In this document: positions 57,311 to 64,000 of the stretch, in pieces
Layout of the letters: each line of letters begins with the position of its first letter
Position numbering within the stretch: position 1 is the first letter of the stretch
From: Eledone cirrhosa
Lineage: Eukaryota
Length of the DNA: 64,000 bases
Assembly: GCA_964016885.1 (NCBI GenBank)
Contig: OZ024747.1
Span: 71,362,001-71,426,000, forward strand
Direction: 5' to 3'
The notes under the pieces: generated by a model
Told to the model about the DNA's origin: nothing
Database searches by the model: none
The model's input: only the letters and a program-made list of their open reading frames with translations
Position numbers and translations under genes: made by a program

Positions 57311-57599
57311 CAGGGCCTTATTTAATAGAGGGCAAAAGGGCATTGCCCCGGGCCCCATACAGTGGGGTCCCACCAGCAACGGTCGTAGCAATTTATTTGT
57401 GCCCTCATTTTTAGTTTTAGGATGGATAGAATTTTTGAATTTAAAACCTACTGTACTTATAACTTTTCAATTTCAATTACTTGCACCAAGCTTACTTTGA
57501 TAAATAAAATTGGAGGAAGGGTGTATTCTAATTTTTGGTGTATGAGGGGACCCCCAAACCTTAAGTGACCCGGGCCTCCGAGGTCTAATTCCAAACTTG
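57311..57599. mobile_element. Possible decayed hAT-type MITE
   Basis: Starts CAGGGCC; GC-rich GCCCCGGGCCCC / GACCCGGGCC subterminal motifs around an AT-rich core; right TIR eroded. Confidence 0.35.
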
Positions 57600-60109
57600 C
57601 TCACAGTCATAATTTGAGTGGTATAAATTATTCAGTTGTTGGATTTCCTGAGATATTCCTAGCTTTAGTTTTTCCTGTTGGTTGAACCACATCTAGTAAT
57701 ACATACCAGCTTTGGGAATACCCGAGTACTTCGTTAAAGATGTATTGCTTAGCTTTATTTTCTCCCTTTGGAGCTGCTACCTCTACTTAACTTCATAGAC
57801 AACCAGAGTTAAGAACTGTGCTTGTGTATTCTTATGAATTAAACAAAACGCCTTTTAAGTTCTGAGTTTAAAAATCTATGCCCTTATTTTGCCCTTCATC
57901 TCTCACAGTGTTGCTAAAATGAATAATAGTTCTTCAATTCTTTAGTTTTAGTTTTTCATCACATTCAAGGCGCTGGTGAGAATTGATCGACTATGAGTTA
58001 AGATCTTTTACTTGACAGGTATGGAATGAAATAATGACTAATATGATATGATTTTGTACTCCTCTCCCAATTCGGAGTCTCTCAATTGAAATATTTTCCG
58101 ACCTGATGATAGGCGTCAGAATTTCAACGGAAAACAACATTCTGTCGAGTAGCCTGCTATCTATGAGTGAAGAATATGATTCTCACCAACTTAACGCAGA
58201 TAAAAACTGGTCGTATTAAACTTTTCAGTTTCTAGCAGAATCTAAACCCCCCCCCCCCTGATGCATAAGATTCTGGCGAATGTTTTGACGGATATAGGTT
58301 ATTGGATTAGAAAGAACCTAGAGAAAAGCGTTTTACCATTTTCCTCGTACATGCTAACATACACACTTTTACCCTCATTAGCTACCCCCCTCCCCATCGT
58401 TCCTACTATCTTGCCTCTCCCCCACCGTCTCATCTTTTTGTTTGCTAGCTATACTGATCTATTCTTTTATAGAGACATACACATAACATGATGGGTTGAT
58501 TGTGTAACATATGACTTGTTTTAACTTAGATTAGAACTATAAAAATGTAAACCGTTACGTGTTCAATGTCGTATAAATTTTCAATATCAAAATACAATAG
58601 AATATTACAGTAATAGTTCATAAACAAAATAGAAATTGCCATCAAATCAAATAATGAGATAATTTCTCTGCTTCAAAATATACTTTCTGCTTGTACAATT
58701 TCGAATATTTTTCATTGACATATCAAAAAAAAAAAAAACTTTCGTATTTTATTCCCGGCTTTGCAATTATTTGTTTCTTTAGTACTGACTTTAGAATAGA
58801 AATATTTCTCTTCATAAAATATATAACATAAATAAAAGATCAAGCGAACAGAATGATAATCGGAATACAAAATAATAATAGTGAAAAAATAAAAATAAAA
58901 ATAAACTTGACGAATAGAATTTAGCTATATAAATATGAATTCTATACAAGAAAATATTTTGAAAGATGAAAAAAAAAGGTTTCAATAAAAGTCAATAAAA
59001 TATATTGGTAAAGGTGAATAGTTTTCTATAGTGGATAAGCAAAAGCAACATTGCTCACCGAAGTTTCAATCTTGGTTCAACTTAAGACCTTTCAAATGGG
59101 TCATCAGACTAGTTTACACTGAGTATATGGATTTAAGGATGTCAAGGTTCAAGGGTTAACATGACTGTCTACTAAATCACATCATTGAGTATCACAGTGT
59201 ATAATAACTTGACAAGCGAGTTCGTTGGCACACACTTAGTCAGCCATTTATTACAGTCAAGTCCACTATGTCCGGCTGAGTCCTAGGCAGCTAATTATCC
59301 AACCATAAATCGCATTCTTGCTTGAATAATATTGTATCACTCACAGCTGTGCCAGGAACCAGCCTCATCCCCACTACATAACATAAGATTTAATAAGAAA
59401 ACGGAATCATTTTTTTTTTTTATGTAGAGCATATGGTATTTAACAGATCACTGTCACAAAGCCAGAATTGTAGGTATAAACTCAATGGGAATCAGATTCT
59501 TTCTAAATTCCATTTTCGTAAACACTCGTTGGAAATGAAACAACCCGGAAACGAACTTGATAAGCTTCTACAACCTATTTAACAGCACACACAAACATAC
59601 ACTTACCAGTCACCTATGAATCTCAGTGTCTACGGATGTGTCGAGCTAATAAAGTTTAGAGAGCTTTTAGATATATGCATTTATGAGTGCGTAAGCACGT
59701 TTATGCGTGTAAGTATTTGTATGTGTCTGTGGGATGTTTCTGTGTGTGCTTTTTGCTACTATATGATTATGACGAATGTGTATGTGTCGGCATCAACATT
59801 TCTAAGTATTCCAATAGCCATCTATGCGTGTATAATAATGTTATTTAGTTGTCAATCAGTCCTTTTATATAATGACAAATAATACACCCGAGAAAACGGA
59901 ATAAAAGCAAACGTGTACGTATGCAACTACGTATGTATGTATCTATAAATGTATGTATGCATGTATATATGTATCTACGTATGTATGTATGCATGTATGG
60001 ATGCATTTACGTATGTCTGTATGTATTTATTTATGCATTTACGTTTGTATGGATGTATAGATGTTGCTATATATGTAGGGTTGTATGTATAAAGTTTGTA
60101 TGGATGTAT

Positions 60110-60953
60110 AGATGTTGCTATGTATGTAGGGTTGCTATGTATGTAGGGTTGCTATGTATGTAGGGTTGTATGTATGTAGGGTTGTATGTATGTAGGGTTG
60201 CTATGTATGTAGGGTTGCTATGTATGTAGGGTTGTATGTATGTAGGGTTGTATGTATGTAGGGTTGCTATGTATGTAGGGTTGCTATGTATGTAGGGTTG
60301 CTATGTATGTAGGGTTGGTATGTATGTAGGGTTGCTATGTATGTAGGGTTGTATGTATGTAGGGTTGCTATGTATGTAGGGTTGCTATGTATGTAGGGTT
60401 GTATGTATGTAGGGTTGTATGTATGTAGGGTTGCTATGTATGTAGGGTTGCTATGTATGTAGGGTTGTATGTATGTAGGGTTGTATGTATGTAGGGTTGC
60501 TATGTATGTAGGGTTGCTATGTATGTAGGGTTGTATGTATGTAGGGTTGTATGTATGTAGGGTTGCTATGTATGTAGGGTTGCTATGTATGTAGGGTTGC
60601 TATGTATGTAGGGTTGGTATGTATGTAGGGTTGCTATGTATGTAGGGTTGTATGTATGTAGGGTTGCTATGTATGTAGGGTTGCTATGTATGTAGGGTTG
60701 TATGTATGTAGGGTTGTATGTATGTAGGGTTGCTATGTATGTAGGGTTGCTATGTATGTAGGGTTGTATGTATGTAGGGTTGTATGTATGTAGGGTTGCT
60801 ATGTATGTAGGGTTGTATGTATGTAGGGTTGTATGTATGTAGGGTTGCTATGTATGTAGGGTTGCTATGTATGTAGGGTTGTATGTATGTAGGGTTGCTA
60901 TGTATGTAGGGTTACTATGTATGTAGGGTTGTATGTATGTAGGGTTGTATGTA
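60110..60953. repeat. 16/17-bp minisatellite TAGGGTTG(C)TATGTATG
   Basis: About 50 near-perfect units. Confidence 0.95.
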
Positions 60954-61048
60954 TAAAGTTTGTATTTATACTTATCAGTAACTCTCAATATGATGGCTAA
61001 TACATTTTATATGCATAGAATGTATATATGTGTGAGTGTGCGCGCGCA

Positions 61049-61109
<61 letters not shown>

Positions 61110-61135
61110 CATGCATACATATAAATATACATTTA

Positions 61136-61230
<95 letters not shown>

Positions 61231-61263
61231 ATGCATGTATATATATACATATGCGGATATATG

Positions 61264-61306
<43 letters not shown>

Positions 61307-61416
61307 TCTCTCTCTCTCTCAAGAGCCTGAACCTAATAAACCTTTATTTGTCTGCCTCTCTGTTTTTGTTCCCGTCCAACTTTTCCCTATATATATATAT
61401 ATAGAGAGAGAGAGGG

Positions 61417-61490
<74 letters not shown>

Positions 61491-61996
61491 TATAGGAGAT
61501 ATAGAATATAGATAAAATATAAAAACAATTTCTCATATCGTTTTATGCTGTTGATAGCAGGAAATAGCAAGTGCTACGCTGTCAGATTTGCTGTCGCCTA
61601 AGATGGCTGACTTTTCAACCTATGCGTTATGTTACTATTCATTTTTTAGTTAATGATCTTTTTGAACTGATGCTTTGCAATCTTTTAACTTGTTGCTGTT
61701 CTATGAACATTCTATTATTTGTCTCTTAGCTTTTATTTGGGTTCAGTTATCGTGTAAGAATTTCTTTGCTTGCATATTTTCTGATTGTTTTACTGGTAGA
61801 AGACATTACATTGCGACCATGCTGGGGCATCATTTTCAAGAATAGGAGTCAATTTAGACGAATGACGAGTTCATCATTGGGGAGGGAGTTGTCTCTCGTT
61901 AAAGAGAAACTGAAACAAGGAATTTACATTAGTACTTACATTCACATGTAAGCACACAAGTACACACACAAACACACACACATATATATGTGTGTG

Positions 61997-62080
<84 letters not shown>

Positions 62081-62494
62081 CTAGTGTTATAGAAATAATT
62101 CCTCTTCGGTTCTAAAGGATTGTGATTACTTCAGCATCGAAAAGGAATTAATTCTATCAAATTATTATATAAAATATATTACATGTATTTAGTACTTCAA
62201 TTTGAATCTGTAAATCTTCTTCTCGTGAACAAAACACGGGTTATATATATATATATATATATCCGTACACTGACTTTCACACGTGTGTGTGTGTGTGTGT
62301 GTGAAATGGTACTACCATATGCTCAGTTTCCACCTAACACATTCTACTTACCAAGCCCGTGGTAAAAGATACTTAGCCTTGGTACCCTACGGTGGAATCG
62401 AACTAGGAATCCCATGTTTGAGTGCAGAATGGATCCTACCCCATGTATTGCTCTCTGACCCAAGTCCATTCCCCTGAAGATAAGAACATCTAAC

Positions 62495-62635
62495 ATGATT
62501 TAGGCACAAGGCCAGCAATTTGGGGGATGGGAAAATCGATTAAATCGACCCCAGAGCGTAACAGCTACTTTATTTTGTTGACCCTGTCAGGATGAAAGGC
62601 AAATCTAACCTTGGCGGGATTTGAACTCAGACCAT
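62495..62635 (-). mobile_element. SINE remnant (further copy at 62825-62920)
   Basis: TTTAGGCACAAGGCCAGCAATTT..TCGACCCCAG..GGATGAAAGGCAAA..GGCGGGATTTGAACTCAGA. Confidence 0.65.
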
Positions 62636-63044
62636 AAAGGACAGTAACACTATTCCGCGAAGTATGATGATCGACGTTCTACCGATACTACCAATCCACT
62701 GCCCTAACATATACCAATTACAATGATTTCTAACATAGATACATGGAGACACACACACATACAGTTGTGTCTGTGTATGTTTGTTTTGTAGATCGATTCT
62801 GTCTACACACGTACCCGTCTGAAAGTTATTATATCGACCCTGTAATAATGAAAAGTGAAATCGACCCAAGCGGGATTTGAAACCAGGACTCAAAAAGCGT
62901 AACTAAATACTGAAAGGCATTTTTTCTCTCAGGTCTGTTGACTCACTTCAATTATATAAATAGTACATAGTTTAGCGAAGTGATGAAAATCAATGTGGTT
63001 TACTTTGATTCCAGTTCAGTATTCTAACTAAACAAAAAAGTATT

Positions 63045-63158
<114 letters not shown>

Positions 63159-64000
63159 AAAAACTTAGCTCGGCTCTTAGTAGATGTATTTCACTTCAAT
63201 CATTTTATTGTTATTGATGTTGATATTGATTTCTTAGCAAAGCCTCGAAGCAATTATTGAAAAGTAGGTGTTTAACTGATTGTATATTATTATGTCATGA
63301 TATTTGGAAGTAAAAAGGGCAACGCGGAGATGGGTGAAATTTCACCTTAAAGTCAAATTAAGAGAGACAGCTATAAAAACTATATATTGTTTTGTCAGCT
63401 CTCTTGGTGGTATTTTACAAAGTTGCTGCATTGATCTTTTATTGATATTCTGAAAATATTTCGTATATTTGGACATATTAAATCATCCAAAATGTTGTAC
63501 GTATAAAAACAGAATTGTCTCGAGCTTTAAAAGTCTCCATAACACATTGTTTTATCAGTGATCATGATACATTATTTTAGCAATGTTTGAAAGTAGAAAT
63601 GTTTTCTAATAATGAACGCCTGAGACTTAAGAAAATAAAAGTGTTACTTACTGCTAAGATGTCCGAGATATAAAACACTGGCAGTGTTCTATACCTCAGA
63701 CCTCTTAACATTAAGTAAGACTTATTGCAGAAATGTGGCGTCCTCGACTTCGACTATAACAACTTTTTTCTCTTCCTGTGTTAATTTCCTTCTGCTGAAG
63801 CGCAATCATTTATTACGTAATGCATGCGATTGAGCATAGGACTATGTAGTCAGCGCATGTAGAGGGTAATTTGTACAGAAACATATGTTAAAGATTTAAC
63901 ACTCGATAAATTTCTCCTTCTGACCACTTCTACTTGTCTGGTTATTCCTGGTACCATACTTATTATAGTTATATAGATAGATAGGTAGGTAGATAGATAG

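Noticed and set aside
58090-58150. CTGATGA...GAAA hammerhead-like spacing
   Set aside because: No convincing stem II and no PLE or (TA)n context

Overview
AT-rich, microsatellite-saturated animal DNA with no complete host gene. The repeat vocabulary resembles an octopus/cephalopod genome (inference). Almost all short ORFs in the track are translations of (AT)n, (GT)n, (GA)n or (GGT)n. The real coding signal is retroelement-derived: (i) three 5'-truncated Penelope-like elements (PLEs; RT thumb + CxCx5CP linker + C-terminal GIY-YIG, best fitting the Hydra clade), one forming a ~5 kb zero-spacer palindrome (24071-29094); (ii) a young GC-rich Tx1/L1-clade LINE (927 aa) in a (TCTA)n tract; (iii) decayed R4/Dong, CRE, CR1-like and RTE fragments and SINE remnants. 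The main hidden structure is a dense set of fold-back PLE 3' ends (23 bp to 5 kb, at least 6 sequence families), mostly anchored in (TA)n. They carry about 20 recognisable type I hammerhead ribozyme (HHR) motifs, 13 with an intact CUGANGA/GAAA/UH core, often one per strand. In five families one arm has an extra ~60-100 nt tail. A few candidate host exons lie at 14-20 kb.
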